A DNA stretch of 58,060 bases, the filler included, from Dugesia japonica (Eukaryota): assembly GCA_001938525.1 (NCBI GenBank). It is 5 parts of 5 records of this genome, joined end to end, with 100 filler letters (N's around TTAATTAATTAA, not from the genome) between each part and the next. Parts side by side here need not be neighbours in the genome. Positions count along the whole stretch, not along the records: positions 30,137 to 38,681 come from MQRL01513088.1; positions 38,782 to 48,994 come from MQRL01616150.1; positions 49,095 to 58,060 come from MQRL01648590.1; 2 more parts are not named here. One strand, written 5' to 3'. Position numbers and translations under genes: made by a program. Below are positions 37,025 through 50,137 of the stretch, one piece after another. The notes beneath the pieces were generated by a model that was not told the DNA's origin, searched no databases, and saw nothing but the letters and a program-made list of their open reading frames with translations. Within the stretch, counting starts at the first letter, position 1; each line of letters opens with the position of its first letter.

Positions 37025-38189
37025 TGTATTTTAAAGCATTTTCAAAATTTTTCTAGACTATTAAATTGAATCAGAAAAATATTAAATTGAATGAAAAAAA
37101 TATTAAATTGGTTGAATAAAATATTAAATTGACTGAATAAAATATTAAATTGACTGAATAAAATATTAATTGGGATGAAAATAGCTGTATTATTATTATT
37201 ATTATTAAAATATTTTTTATAGTTGTGAACTTTCACGCCTTTAAACAAACAATGAATTTTTCATAAGCGTGGTAATTTTTTTGACATTATTTTTTGTAAT
37301 TGTTATTAAATATATTTGATAAACTTTACAAATGTTTCATGGATTTAAATGTTTTTATAGGTGGCGAATTTTCACAACTAAATGTAAATAATAATTTTTT
37401 ATTGTCAGTAAATTTCACACATTATTTTTATTATTATTATTATTAAAATGTTTTTTGGCGTGAATTGTCATACCGTTGACTTGAAATGAAAATGAAAATT
37501 TAACTAATGTATCAAACCTAATAAAGAAATAACATTATATTATAGTTTCCTTAGGGAAAATAGAAGGAAATAATTTATGTTCGAAACTATTCTGACATTG
37601 AAATATAAATAAAAAAATTTATTTTTTATTTAATAGAAATAATTATAATAAAATTAATAATAATTATAATAATATTAATAATAATAACAATCATAAAAGA
37701 GAATAATGTTTGAAAGTTATTAATTAAATTTTTATATTTCACGGTAGAAAATAATACTTGAGGATCTTCCTTTTCATATGTTGACTTTAAAGGTGTAAAA
37801 ATTCAGTGAATATTAATTGATAGTTCACGCCTTATAAAAACATTTAAATAATTATATGATGGTTTCATAGTGAAATGCTCAATGTGCAACGCTTTAAATC
37901 CATCACGATATCGTATTCAAAGTGAAAAAATAAAAATATCAAATTACTTTTCCTAAAGACAGAAAACATTAAAAGATAAAATAAATTTAATATGTTCATT
38001 GAATATAAATAATTATACTTTGATAAATCTTAATAATTAATTAAAGTAGATAGATAGTAGTGCACTGGATCATCCTCCCCGACGTTGACGTAATCCGATT
38101 ATTACATAAGTGATTCAGTATTTTTCTTATGTATAGGCGGAGGCACACATTTGTGTACGTTACATAATGTATTTAATTTCGTCGCGAGA

Positions 38190-38681
38190 TTATTGCATAA
38201 GTGATCCTGTATTTTTTTGTGATTTTAAATCCAATTCCACTTGATAATAAGCATTTCCGAGGTCAATTGAACTAAAATAACGTGCACCAAATAAAGTATC
38301 AAACAATTCTTCCACATTTGGCATCGGGAAAGCTTGTCTAACAGTTATTTCGTTTAGTTCTCTAAAATCTAAACACAATCTTATATCTTTTTTCCATTAT
38401 TATTATCCCGTTATTATTTAATGTTTTATCAAATTTGTTTATCCAATATCCCACGCGTCTACCATGAAAGCTACTTTGTTTTTACTTATTATACCATATA
38501 ATTCAGAATTTTTATCTATTTTAAAAGTTTTTATAGCCTTCTCAAATCTCTACTTATCAGTTACACTTCCTTACCAAAATTTGTAATAATTTCGCATACT
38601 TGATAAATAATTTGTTCTTCATTTACCGGTTCTATTTTAAGCTTAATATTAAATTTCTTTTGTAAATCAATCCCACTAATA
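38190..38681 (-). pseudogene. Ty3/gypsy RT fragment
   Basis: RLCLDFRELNEITVRQAFPMPNVEELFDTLFGARYFSSIDLGNAYYQVEL. Confidence 0.85.
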
Positions 38682-38781
38682 NNNNNNNNNNNNNNNNNNN
38701 NNNNNNNNNNNNNNNNNNNNNNNNNTTAATTAATTAANNNNNNNNNNNNNNNNNNNNNNNNNNNNNNNNNNNNNNNNNNNN
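38682..38781. other. Artificial contig-joining spacer
   Basis: 44N-TTAATTAATTAA-44N. Confidence 0.95.
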
Positions 38782-40599
38782 CCCCCATTCTTTCTATTCG
38801 TTAATGGGCATCGTTCGATTTTTCTAACGTTTTTATTGGCTGAATTATTCAAGTTCTGTCACCTGAGTTCTTCTCATTGATCAATATTTTGGAATTCCAC
38901 AACTTCTGGAAATAAATCGGCTAATCTTAAAACCCTTGTAACTTCTTTCTTGGCCAAGCTGGGATTTTCTAGCTATAATATTCACAATCCACGACGTTTT
39001 CTTGACCATAACTTTCTTAACCACTACCTTTTACTTAATAGGAAGTCTTCATTTTCTTACATTTTTGTATAAATTTAATTTCTTTTTTATAATAAATCAT
39101 TTTAATTTGCATGATTTTTTTTATTTAATAAATTAATTATTTATTTTTCTTTTTTCTCAATTTATTAATTAGATTTCCATTTTTCATTTCTAAGCTGAAA
39201 TTACATTTAATTTAGTCGATTTTCTCCATAATTTATTTCCTACCTCTTCAGTTATTAATTTAATTCAATTTTCTTTATTCCATTTAATGAATTATTTGCT
39301 CCAGTAATTATTTGCCATTTTCTTTGTTTTTTCCGTATGCTAGTGACTTCTATAATTTCCTTCCTTCTTTGGTTTCCTCCAAATTTTTTCCTTTTTTGTT
39401 TCAAGATTTTACTGGTCATTTCATGTTTTGATTCCTTAATCTTGATTTTTCTTTAACTGATCTTTGACCTTATATTTTCTGGATTCTTCATTTCCCTTTC
39501 TTATATCATCCTCTTTGATTTTGACCTTACCTATCGCTATTATTACTCTCCTATACTAAATGTTCTACTCCAACACTATTCATATAGTACGTTTCCGGTT
39601 TATTTTGTAAAATAAATGGTTATGTCCTACTTACAGGGCAATATTTTTAAATAAATCAAAATATCTTATTAAAAAATTTATTTATTTTTGATAATAATAA
39701 TAATGCTGAAATTATTAAGAAAACTGGTCTTTCGGCTGCCGCAGTTCAAAAAATAATAAATGTTATTTGAGTAAATTTTTTATAATACATCAAGATCTCA
39801 ATTTCTGTCGTTAACAAAATTTTTGCTTTTCGTTAACTAATAGGTATGTAAATATATAGAAAAAATTATTCCAATTTGCACCGTTATTCCTAGTCCCAAT
39901 TAACGACTCAAATCAAGGTCTTGGTGTATGATAAAACTGAAAAGAATTGAAGAAAAAATAAATTTTAGATCTTGAAAATTTGAGCTTTGATTTTCTAATA
40001 GAATATATTAATTTCTTTAAAACTTTTCGCACCAGTAAACATAAAAATAATCATCTTATTTACTTTATGCTTATAACTTTAATTTTCTACAAGATGTGCT
40101 TCTATTATTTTAATATTTTGGAAATTATACAATTTTTGTTTGTTTGATTATTTATTTATACAAACAGCTATTTAAACAACCTTAATAGCTTATTTGTTAA
40201 AAATTCCTAGGATGTTTCACTTCATTAATGGTATTTAAGCAGAACATTATATATTTACATAAAAGGAATTCGGATTTTGCAATTTTACACACCCAACCAC
40301 CCACACACATATATATGTGTGGGTGAGTGTGTAAAATATATAGAATGCAAAAGAATAATCTTATCACTTTCAAAAATATTAAAATATATTCAAAAAAGTC
40401 AGTTTAATGTTATATTTAAATTAGGTAGCGAGTAAAAATAGTAGGAAATATAATTGAGTAAAACTTTATTTATTAGTAAATAAAATACAAAAATATTATA
40501 GCAAGATATTAGACATTGAAAATGAATTTTTTTTATCTATGTCCATGACCTCCATTCTCTGACTTCCAAAAAATCTAGCTCTATAAGCATAATCAATTT

Positions 40600-41200
40600 T
40601 GAAATATTTATGGAAATACGATATTCTTTGCCATTAAAATGTTATTATTTATCGTAAATATTTTAAAATTACTTATNNNNNNNNNNNTTCATATGGCTAT
40701 ACATAGCTGTCCATGAGAAAACATGTGATCCTTTATAACAATTTAAACTTTATTCAAGGTGTGATGACTTTTATTAATTTTCATAGCATAAGCAAGTCTA
40801 AGCAGAGATTGCTTGAGGTTTAAAGTTAAAGGTAAACCTGAATCCTTGACAGTAGTTATATTAATTCTTGGTATAAATATATGTTTAAGAAAATCACCAT
40901 TTATATCACCAACAATTAAATTGCTTTCGAAGTCCATGACAGTTAGTTGAGTTAGACTATATAATCATATAACAGGATTTAAATTTCTCATTAAAATTAT
41001 TCAACATTTCATTGTAATCAATATGTACACCACTTGTTTTGATAGTATTAAAGAATTCAATGTGATACAGATGTTCATTCTCTTCCTCCAGAATAAAGTC
41101 TGAACTCAAAAATGTCATTGAATGTTGCAAAGTGCAAAATCATGTTATTAATCTCGTCAACAATATCATTTCTGGTAGTTAAAATTGTTCATTCGTTGAT
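40600..41200 (-). pseudogene. Helitron PIF1-like helicase C-terminal fragment
   Basis: ILMRNLN; FIPRI...LPLTL..KQ..LRLAYAMKINKS; FSHGQLYVA. Confidence 0.8.
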
Positions 41201-41938
41201 TTTATTTGCATTTAAAAATTCACTTATGTAAGAATCTCTCTAATTTAATCGCCATAATTTAATCTTCTTCTTTTATTGTTATATATTTTTTATCTGGTTC
41301 TTCTCTGCTTCTATCATATTTGCTCTTCTTTTTCTTTGATTTTTCACTTTCTGTTTTCCATTATTTTATTTTATCTCTCTTGAACATCTCTCTATNACTT
41401 ATACTTTCAATAGGACTGCTTCTCTTACATACCTGCTCACTACTATTTCCACTATTTTTCTGAGCCTTCGCTCCTTTTACTCTACCGTTTCTTTTCATTA
41501 CCTTAAATAATCAAAAAAAGTATAAACCACTGTAGCCTTTATAACATAAACAAATTCATAAATTAAAAAAAACGTTTCCCCTGAAATTCAAATATTATAA
41601 TTACCATAAAATTTAAAAAACGTTAATTTTTTCTTTCCTTTTTTATATTTCATATAATTTTAAAGACATAATAAATCAATTAATAAATATAAGTTAATCA
41701 ATTAATTAATTTTGCTTTTGTTTTGCGTGAGACTTCGAAAAAATGATTATATATATTCAAAAACATTGTACAAATTGCTTTGTTCTATATAAAATGAAAA
41801 AACGCAATTTTTTAAACTTTTCGGACAAAACTATGTCCATCATCAGTTACTGTTGTAAAATAAGAAGAAAATTGTTTATAAACTGGCCAATAAGACCTCT
41901 TATGCAATCAATCCAATATATTAAGATTAATATAAATC

Positions 41939-43350
41939 TTAAAGTGAATGTGTGTCAATCTGAGTATTAAGAATCGGATTATGCAACCCAATTCTTAAAG
42001 CCTCGCTCGCAATTCTTTCAAAATAATTACCAAAACCGCTGTTCAAAACAGTAAACTCATTGATGCATATTTTGCCCTTTCTAGTTTTGCAGCAACATGC
42101 ATAATCTAAAACCGAAAATTTTCTACTCAATTGCATATGCTCACTAACACGTGTGCAAAGATGACGTTTTGTCTCTCCAATATACGTGGCATCACACCCG
42201 TTTCAATTAAATGGATAAACTAGGTTAGCGAGCAAAGCTTTACGTGTAGTAGATTTGTTGCTTAAGTAACTGGAAGTTTTTTTTGAAAAGAAAATTAATC
42301 TAAATTTATTATCATCAAAATATTTCAATCAAAATATTCCTTATTTGAGATCAATTGTTTATTTTTTAAGAAATTTAAGAATTCAAAAGTATTTTTACAT
42401 TTTCTATCATAGCATTTTATTGATTTAGTTTCTTCCGAGAATGATAGTTTTATTGTTAATTTTTCTTGATTATTGCTAATGTTTTTTTCTTGGTTGTTAT
42501 TTGATGTTGAGCACAGTTTGCTTAGAGTACTCCTTATATTATTATAAATCGTTTTTTGTTTAAAATCATTAGCTCGAAAACTACTATGTAATCTGCTAAG
42601 ATCATCAGAAATCTCAAAACTTGAAGATATACACCACACTCTACGAACTAAGCTTTTTATTAATCCATTTCTATAACGATCATCACAAAACTTTTANNNN
42701 NNNNNNNNNNNNNNNNNNNTGTTGGTTTTTTAAAGATTGCAGTATTATAGCTACGATCCTGTCTACAAACAAGAACATCTAAGAATGGTAGTCTACCCTC
42801 TTTTTATATTTCTATAGGGAATTTCATATTTTGATGAAGACTGTTCATATAATCAAGAAAAGGAAGTATATCATCTTCATCTTTTAAAATAAGGATAATA
42901 TAATCTAAGTATNATTTGTATTCTATTGGTTGATTACCAGAAAAATTATTAATTCGTGATTCAATTTTAGACAAAAATAATGAGGTTAATGTTGGTGTCA
43001 ATGGTGAACTAATTGTAACACCATCTTCCTGAGAGAACCAATCATTGTTGAATAAAACATTATAATCTTTAGACCAACATATTAACAGTGTCTTCATAGC
43101 TATTTCATTAAATTTATAATTTAAATTCGTGTAATAATTTGCCCAGAGATTTACACAGGTATCGATGGTCTCATTTATAGGAACGTTTGTGAACATACTA
43201 TATCAAAAGAAATCATAATTTCCTTATCTGAGATCAATTGTTTATTTTTTTAAGAAATTTAAGAATTCAAAAGTATCTTTACATTTTCTATCATAGCATA
43301 TTATTGATTTAAGCATTTTATCAAGTATTTTAGCAACTTTGTATTGCACT
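41939..43350 (-). mobile_element. Penelope-like retroelement remnant (RT plus GIY-YIG endonuclease)
   Basis: MFTNVPINETID..QEDGVTISSPL; LPFLDVLV; YIGETKRHLCTRVSEH..SEALRI..NPILNTQ; internal ~85-bp duplication (42340/43225). Confidence 0.82.
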
Positions 43351-43499
43351 AAGTATATGTAGTATACCCGTTTTCACCCAATATAATTTACAACGTATTT
43401 ATATATCATTAAACTGCATTTTTCATTTATGTAAAAAGTATGTTAAGGTAAATCAAAATTTAATTTAAAAATAATTTACAGGGAACTTATTTTTTATGG

Positions 43500-43890
43500 G
43501 TATATTAAATTGAATAAATTGGGATATTAAAATGAATAAATGGAGATAGTAAATTGAATAAATTAGGATATTAGATTGGATAAATTGGGATATTTAATTT
43601 AATAAATTTGGATATCAAATTGAATAAATGTGGATAGTAAATTGAATAAATGTGGATATTAAACTGAATAAATTGGGATATTAAACTGAATAAATGAGGA
43701 TATTAAACTGAATAAATTGGGATAGTAAATTGAATAAATGTGGATATTAAACTGAATAAATGGGGATATTAAACTGAATAAATTGGAATAGTAAATTGAA
43801 TAAATTAGAATATTAGATTGGATAAATTGGGATATTAAACTAAATAAATTGGGATATTAGATTGAATAAATTGGGATATTTAATTAAATA
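43500..43890. repeat. 22-bp minisatellite AAA(T/C)TGAATAAATTGGGATATT
   Basis: Direct reading; related units at 37060-37175. Confidence 0.9.
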
Positions 43891-43976
43891 AATTTATAAT
43901 TAAATCACTAGTTTTCAATGAAAATTCTTTTTTTTTCATTCATTTTTCAATTATAAATAACTCAAATCATTTTCAG

Positions 43977-46900
43977 ATTCAATTGAAACAAACAACATCA
44001 AAGAGAAATTCAGAAACGACAAACTAAAAAATGAAAAGGAAAATGTAAGTTTTATATTGAGTGAAATAGCAATAGAATCTTTAAGTGAAAGCAGAAAAGA
44101 ATTTGAAAATACTTTAAGACAATTCAAAAATCAAGGAAAAGTCGATATTATTTTAAAAGATAAAGATAACGAAAATGAAATATCCAAATCTTTTTTTATT
44201 AATCCAGAAAAATTTGTTTTAATTGAACCTCATAAAGTTAATTTAGATTCTGTATTATTTGAAGATTCTCTTAGTTTGTGGACTGATAATGTGAAAATTA
44301 AGCATGTGTTAAAAGAAATTTCTGATCAATTTCTTGAAGAAGAACTCATGTCAATTATGTCTGATATAAAGATCTACTTGAAAATTTATATTTCAATTGC
44401 ATTAAAAGAATTGGAAGAATTGGGAAATAACTCACCGGATAATACTTATGTAAATACACATTTAAATAAAAACGATCTATCGGATAAAATATCGAAATTG
44501 CATGACAATGAAAACATTAAAAATACATTAATTGACGTTTCATCTAAACTAGACTTATCTCTTTATAAAAATGTATTGAGAAAGAGTCAAATAATTGATG
44601 AATTTATAAAACAAGAATATAATGAAAATGATTCAGTTATAAATAAACCTAATTCAATAGTTTCTACTAGAACAAGTATTAAAGAACTTATTGATCGAGA
44701 TTCCGATCCGAATTCGGAAAAACGATTTATAGAAATCAGAATCAAATCAGAATACGAAATAATCCAAACGATTTCAAGACATTTATCAGCATCAGAAAAT
44801 CATGACACAGAAATTATTAATGAATTAGTGGAAATTATAATTGAAAATAAACTTGATCAATTGAAAAGTGATAATTTAGATAGTTATATTGAAAAGCAAA
44901 TAATTCGTGAAATCAATAAAACTACAATCGATTCATTAATTAATGATAAATATCAAATGACTGTTGAATCATTCAAACCGCTGGATGTTACTGTTGACGT
45001 AGAAATATCGAATAAAATAGAAAATTCTGAAAACATATCAAGTAATATAAAATCTATTATTGAAGATGGTGGTATTAAAAAACAAGTAAAATTGAGCATT
45101 TCAAATAAAGATGTAATAAATGAGTTGTCTGATATCAATAAAAATAAAGAAAAAAGCGTTATAAAAACTTCATCAAACACGTCTTCATCAACACTTTCTA
45201 TATTCAAATTGCATAATATTGATAAAATAACAAAACTAAATATTACCGAACCAGTTTTGGATTATAATAAAATTAATCCNNNNNNNNNNNNNNNNNNNNN
45301 NNNNNNNNNNNNNNNNNNNNNNNNNNNNNNNNNNNNNNNNNNNNNNNNNNNNNNNNNNNNNNNNNNNNNNNNNNNNNNNNNNNNNNNNNNNNNNNNNNNN
45401 NNNNNNNNNNNNNNNNNNNNNNNNNGAACTGTTAATTATTCCATAACTGGAATTAATGATTTCGAACGAATCGCCAATAAGGCATGGCAAAAAATCTTTG
45501 ATAATGAAATAGATATTTTCTACACTCATAAGTTAACCAATGATTTAGATCAATTGAAATATTTCATGAATTTATCGGAAGATAATTATTTTTCAGACAT
45601 ATTTTACGAAGAGGAAAGTTTGGAAATTATTTTCAATAATGAATTCAACGATTTATTGGATTTATTCGATGGTTTAATATTAAATCAAATTTCCAAATTC
45701 AATTCAACTGAAACGTTAGTTATCGATTCGATTTCTATAATTGAAATCGAAGAGATTCTCAGAGAAACTATCGATTATTTGATTAATGAGATTTTATTGA
45801 ATTTTATCGAAATGAAATTTCAACAATTGAAATCCGATGATAAAATAAAAACAAATCTATTTGAAAGAAATCCAGATAGAGAGAAAATTAAAGATCTATT
45901 TGATGTTCATGTTAATTTCAAAGAATTTACTGATAAATTACAACTTACATCTGCTCAAACCGGTTCCTATTCGAAATCCAATTTGGAAATGATAAATAGT
46001 TTGAAAGAATTGATTTATGATTTAGAAATCGGATTATGGCAATCGAATTCTGCTGACACGATAGAAGAAATCACAATCAATATTGTTAAAAACGATAAAA
46101 TCAAACAAGAAATAAGTATTAATGGTATTGTTATAAATATATCGAAAATCTCTGAAATTAAAGATAAAGAAACTGTAAGTAATCCCAATTTAGAGAATGA
46201 TCATTCACAAGAACAAAGTGATTATTGTCAAATAATGTCAAATGACGATGAGTGTAGTGCTGAAATGAATGAGTATAAATACGTTATTGATGATATTGAA
46301 AATAATCAACAGTATTTTATAGACAAAGAAAAATCAAATGATCATATTATAATTAAGAATGAAATATTATTACAAAGTCAAATAAATAAAGTCTACAGTG
46401 ATGAAGAAGATTCAAACAGTTTTAAAACTGTTGAGTTTTGTTCCTCGTTAAGTAGTACTACAAATAATCAAAATCTTTATTTATCACAAAATGTACTCAA
46501 TCAAAATAATATTCTTGAATTTTTCAATTTGAATATTTTAGAAAATTCGAAAAAATCGATCGTATTAACGTTCAATATTATTGAAAATAATAATTATTTA
46601 ATAGTCAAATCAAATAATAACTATGTTATTAATGATTCAATTTATTTAATTAAATGTTTGTGTTACGCTATCAATCGGAATTTAAATATTCAATATCCGT
46701 ATTTATTATCATCGACATTTTCTGCCAATACAAATCAATCTGATGGTAAATATATCTTGAAATTTATTAAGAAATCTTCAAATGAAAATTACCCATTGAT
46801 AGATAGTAAAAATCTGAGTGACTCAATTAAGAAAAATCAATTGAAATCAAATCCAATAGTAAATCAGTTGCAAATAAATCCTAATCAATGGAATTGGAAT

Positions 46901-47017
46901 CATTTCACCATATTGATTTTATGGTGTTTGTCTGGTGGTATTTGTTTTCTCAGTTTTGTCTATACAATAGTTTTATTAATGAAAGAAAAAACTTTTGAAG
47001 AAGAACATTTGACATGA
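43977..47017 (+). CDS. Large terminal exon of an unknown N/I/E-rich protein with a C-terminal transmembrane helix
   Basis: Open frame of ~1000 codons in AT-rich DNA, TTTCAG acceptor at 43976, C-terminal FTILILWCLSGGICFLSFVYTIVLLM; spans an N gap so frame continuity is assumed. Confidence 0.7.
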
Positions 47018-48994
47018 AACGTTAAAATTTAATTTAATTTTTGATAAATGAACTCAATTCATTTAATTAATTTTTTCAATTATAAATAATTTCTATTTAA
47101 TTAGAAATTCAGATTTTTTTTAAAAAAAAATAAAATATTGAATTTAATTTCAATGTTGTTTTGTAGAATATAATAAAAAAAATATTGTATCACTGCTAAA
47201 CGTTTTATCGTTGCAAGAGGTTGATTTTTCTAAAAAAAAATTTTATTTTAGAATTACAAAATTATGCCGAGATTTTTTTATGCTTAGACAAGATTTAATT
47301 TGGATGTTCACAGTAAATTCAAGTTTCCTAGCAAACTGTTTTTGGCGAATAGATTAATCATGTTTCCACATGGTTATTGATCCAACTGTTGCTAATACTA
47401 CAATATCATTGTGTTCTAGCCCAAAAAACAATTTTCAAATATTTTAAAAACTTTTTAATTTTAAAATGTATTAAAATTAAAAATTTTTTAAAATTTTTGA
47501 AAATCGTTTTTTTTTGATTTTCATATATTTTCGAAATTGTAATTTTTAAAAAATATTATTATAGAAAAAAATTTATTAGAATATAAATTAATTTTTTATT
47601 GGCAGTAAATTTTTAAAATTTACAAAATTAAGAATTATGATTATAGCCATTTTTTATTCAGTATAATTGCTTGAATCTTTGTTTAAATAATACAGATTGA
47701 ATAAACTCATTATTTAATTTTTGTCTGATGATGTCGGCTGATCCTTCGAAATATACAACAATAAAATTTTATTTTAAATAGCGTTATTTATTTTTTATTA
47801 AACATTTTTACATATTTATTTATAATNNNNNNNNNNNNNNNNNNNNNNNNNNNNNNNNNNNNNNNNNNNNNNNNNNNNNNNNNNNNNNNNNNNNNNNNNN
47901 NNNNNNNNNNNNNNNNNNNNNNNNNNNNNNNNNNNNNNNNNNNNNNNNNNNNNNNNNNNNNNNNNNNNNNNNNNNNNNGAAAATTATTTGCTGAAGTAAT
48001 AAATTCTAATAAGATTTAGAATCTTTGTTTTGGGAGTTTATTTTCAATATCCAGAAACTCATATAAATAAGAAACAAGAATTTGTTTAGCTTTAAGCTCA
48101 TCTGAGCCTGAATGATCAAGAATGAACTGAAAGTAATTCATGATGTACGAAAAGGGATAATTACCCATTAATTCCTAGGTCCTGTTTAGAACGACTATGG
48201 CTTCTCTTAACGAGATTAAGACAGTGTCTATTGAGAAAGTGTACATACGCTCAGATTAGGTCTTGAGTAGGTTTAACTAAATGCGTTTAGAGTTCTTAAA
48301 TTAAGTTTCACAAATCTTATATAAAATGCAGTAAACAATAGATTACATTTAGTTATTATTTTCAAATCTANNNNNNNNNNNNNNNNNNNNNNNTATTTAC
48401 AATTCTTAAATATAAGATTATTGCATAGATCGTTGTAATTTATTTTGAGAATCCGATATAATCCGTACAACTTCTGTCGTTTTAATGATTCAAATAGCTT
48501 CTTTGGGTTGGCGTAAAATTTTGCAATTCTTTGCTTTGCCATCTCTTAATTAGATCTTCTTTATTCAATCTTACGATGATTGTTTTGTCTTCGTTAGTAT
48601 TTATGAGTTTGGAACTAACTTTTCATTATTTGAATTTATTTTATCCAGATGAGCCTTCATATCGTACAAAGAACTATTGATGACGAAACAGTGATGATGC
48701 CAATAAAATATCTCTAATGTCACTGACTTAAAAGAAATCAAGGTACTGCTATTGATGAAAATAGAATTGAACAATAGATAACGAAGAAATGATGCCGGTA
48801 ATAATTATCAAAGAAAATAATGCTGACAATGATACAGATGCGATATGATATCTCAATGTACTTTGTCGGTGGTTATGTCGAAAATTCGGATTGCTAACTA
48901 GAATTTAAAAATGCATTTTGATCTAATCTTTTAAATTTATTGAATTTGTTTACTCTGATTATTAACGAAATTTAACAATTAAAATATACTCTTA

Positions 48995-49094
48995 NNNNNN
49001 NNNNNNNNNNNNNNNNNNNNNNNNNNNNNNNNNNNNNNTTAATTAATTAANNNNNNNNNNNNNNNNNNNNNNNNNNNNNNNNNNNNNNNNNNNN
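48995..49094. other. Artificial contig-joining spacer
   Basis: 44N-TTAATTAATTAA-44N. Confidence 0.95.
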
Positions 49095-49522
49095 TGAGGT
49101 AGTATTTTGTGGAACGCTTTTTTCAATTGGTCCACGAAATCTAATGATTTATCTTGGTATTCATATACTTCTCTTAACTCTCTATCCATTACGCCTATGA
49201 CCAAGAGACTTTTATCATTTTTATTTACACCAATACAATCGAAGTATTTGGTGCAGCCATCGATTAATTGTTTAATATCGTACCATGCCAGAAAATTTCG
49301 GAGTGTAGAGCTTATCGAATGAGGTTCATTGAAGCGTTGGTCGCCATGTTAGTGATGGATAAATTTTCAGAAAAATCTATTTAAGTCAATAATTTCTATT
49401 AATGAAAACTAAAATTCAAATTTTCTCACCCGCTTTTTAAAACTGAATATTTAAACTTTTCTAAATATTTTATAAAATTTTCTTAAAAATTTTAATTCTA
49501 ATTTTCAATTTTAATCCTTACA
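49095..49522 (-). mobile_element. 5' end of another gypsy element: LTR (~49347-49522), PBS and gag start
   Basis: Minus strand TGTAAGG...TAACA then TGGCGACCAACG. The downstream peptide DIKQLIDGCTKYFDCIGV..LLVIGVMDRELREVYE resembles the gag at 1050-1219. Confidence 0.6.
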
Positions 49523-50137
49523 AACAGCATATTTGTTTTAGGCATAGTACATGATTTTACAATTGCAATTATTGCTAGAATAATTGTTGGACATAACCAT
49601 TGATCGTTTTTCCGAATTCATTTAAAATAAAAGCTTCGATCAAAATTGTTTATTTTTAAATTTGGTATTTCGACTGAGTCTTCTTCAGGAATTGACTTCA
49701 CAATAGCACAAGCATGAGTTAACATTGGCTAAATGAAACATATATCAATGCAATAGAAGTACTTGCAAGCCATGAACACTAAGATTATCAACTTTTAATT
49801 CAGGCTCTTTGTTAAGCTTTTAATTGAAAAATTACAAAAATTTCCTTAAACAAAAATGTTGACCAAAATTAAAACAAAAATCAATTACTTTTCAACAAAT
49901 TCGTTTTAAAACAATTATCATAAAATTAACGCTTTTCAAAAAAATTCTAATTTAACAATATTTGTGGGTTTTTTGTTATTCCGAAGCTATTGTTTAAATC
50001 ATACCTAGTCAGTCCTAAAGATCCGGCCAGTCACTTTTGAAAATATATAATCATTATTAATATTTTTTGTTATTATGGGCATTTATCTGCATTAAAATAT
50101 TCATTATACATTAAAAACCAAATTGATGCAAAATTAA

